NCBI GenBank assembly: GCA_951406725.2
Contig: OX597833.1
Coordinates: forward strand, 73,160,001-73,224,000
Length of the DNA: 64,000 nucleotides
Direction of reading: 5' to 3'
Source: Octopus vulgaris
Taxonomy: Eukaryota
Part shown: positions 62,692 through 64,000 of the stretch, in pieces
How the letters are laid out: every line of letters begins with the position of its first letter
Numbering within the stretch: the stretch's first letter is position 1
Translations under genes and position numbers: made by a program
Notes under the pieces: model-generated
Seen by the model: the letters and a program-made list of their open reading frames with translations, nothing else
Database searches by the model: none
Told to the model about the DNA's origin: nothing

Positions 62692-63664
62692 CTCAAAGTT
62701 TAATACATCATTGCCATTTCTCGTTGTTTTCCATGTCTGCATGGGTTCGGTGGTTTGACTGGAGCTTCTAAGCTGAAGGGCTATAAAAGAAAATGGGGAA
62801 GGAAAAATATAGTGGATACTTGGTTAAAATTTATTTGGATCACAATGAAAAAGACATACATCTAAGGTTCAGGATATAAAGGGATCGGATCTACAAATGA
62901 AATAACCAAAAAAAAAAAAAATCCTACGTGTGTTTCAATCCGGCTTTAGGTTTGAATTATCAGCATTCAAGCTATTTTAGATGTAAAAAAATCCCACATT
63001 TAGTTGGATATCTTCAGAGATAGATGTTTCAGGTGTTGAACAATGAAATAAACTCAGTTTCGGACCGTGTTTTCAAATATTCAAGCATAAACAATAATTT
63101 ATTCAGATGCCGAGTTCATGCGAGGAGATACATTGAAATTATGCTAAAATACTAGAATGTATTTGGAAAATATACATATAAGGGATTAAGGGACATAAGT
63201 CTTTTAATTATAATATGTGATGTTACTGGCTGTTAATGGTACTAAAGACAATGAAAGTAGCAGGGGTGGATGCCCCGAAAGTGTAGCTGCTAGAATAAGA
63301 ATCGCCTGGGCAAAGTTCAGAGAGATCCTACTTCTGCTGGTGACAAAGGGCCTCTCGCAAAAATTACAAAAGCTACTGATACATCCCAAAAGTACCTACT
63401 AGAAGGGACACACACGAATATTCACACCCTCTTACAAAGTTCTACATACATAAATAAATTCTAAACAATAATATAATCACAAATTTAACCAATAAAAAAT
63501 TAGCCCCAAACACCTCTCCATCACATCCCACAACCGAATCGCCACTCAAGCTCAACAGAGATTATATAAAGCCGAGATTAACTCCAATGCATTGCCGTCT
63601 GATGATAGTTTAACTGGTTGAAACTTCGAAGTCTCTGTCATAATATTCTTGTTTAAAAAATGTG

Positions 63665-63995
63665 TGTGTGTGGCAACTTGGTTCTGGATTCAATCTCACT
63701 GCATGGCACCTTGGGCAAGTGTCTTCTACTATAACCTCGGACTGACCAAAGCCTCGTGAGTGGATTTGGTAGATGGAAATGTCTGCGTCTGTGTTCGTCC
63801 CCCACCCCACTGCTTGACATCTGGTGTTGATGTGTTTATGTCCCTTTAACTTAGTGGTTGGCAAAGAAGACCAATAATAGACCAGGCTAAAAAAAAAAAA
63901 TAAATCCTGGGATTGATTTGTTCAACTAAAAAAACCTTCATGACAGTGCCCCAGCATGGCCGCAGTCAAAAGACTGAAACAAGTTAAAGATAAAT
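63665..63995 (+). mobile_element. CORE-like SINE, near full length
   Basis: GGCACCTTGGGCAAGTGTCTTCTACTATA core and CCAGCATGGCCGCAGTCAAAAGACTGAAAC tail. Confidence 0.8.
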
Positions 63996-64000
63996 GATTG

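Overview
Eukaryotic, repeat-rich DNA, most likely from an octopus (coleoid cephalopod), judged from the RTE LINE tails, the tRNA-derived SINE families and the microsatellite load. Two host genes lie on the + strand. The first is the last five coding exons of a ClC-3/4/5-type (CLCN3-like) Cl-/H+ exchanger (CBS1-CBS2 to stop, 7526-19086), probably followed by a long 3' UTR. The second is the probable 5' end of a PH-domain gene (CpG-rich promoter and non-coding exon near 45.0 kb, ATG exon at 51957). Between them is a CpG-rich block of transposable elements: mariner and maT relics, a piggyBac deletion derivative nested in an RTE, a Penelope-like relic carrying a 416-bp foldback, a Tx1 relic, and a young, very compact (4107 bp) Ty3/Gypsy-type LTR retrotransposon with 276-bp LTRs and a GCGGT target-site duplication. 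The most striking observation is that this LTR element has no canonical TGG primer-binding site. The 12 nt abutting its 5' LTR (AGCTATTTCGGC) are the exact reverse complement of nucleotides 1-12 of metazoan tRNA-Phe(GAA), suggesting priming by a 5' tRNA fragment; an alternative is Tf1-like self-priming by a 10/12 match inside the LTR. Most ORFs in the supplied track are spurious or TE debris. Boundaries of old repeats are approximate.
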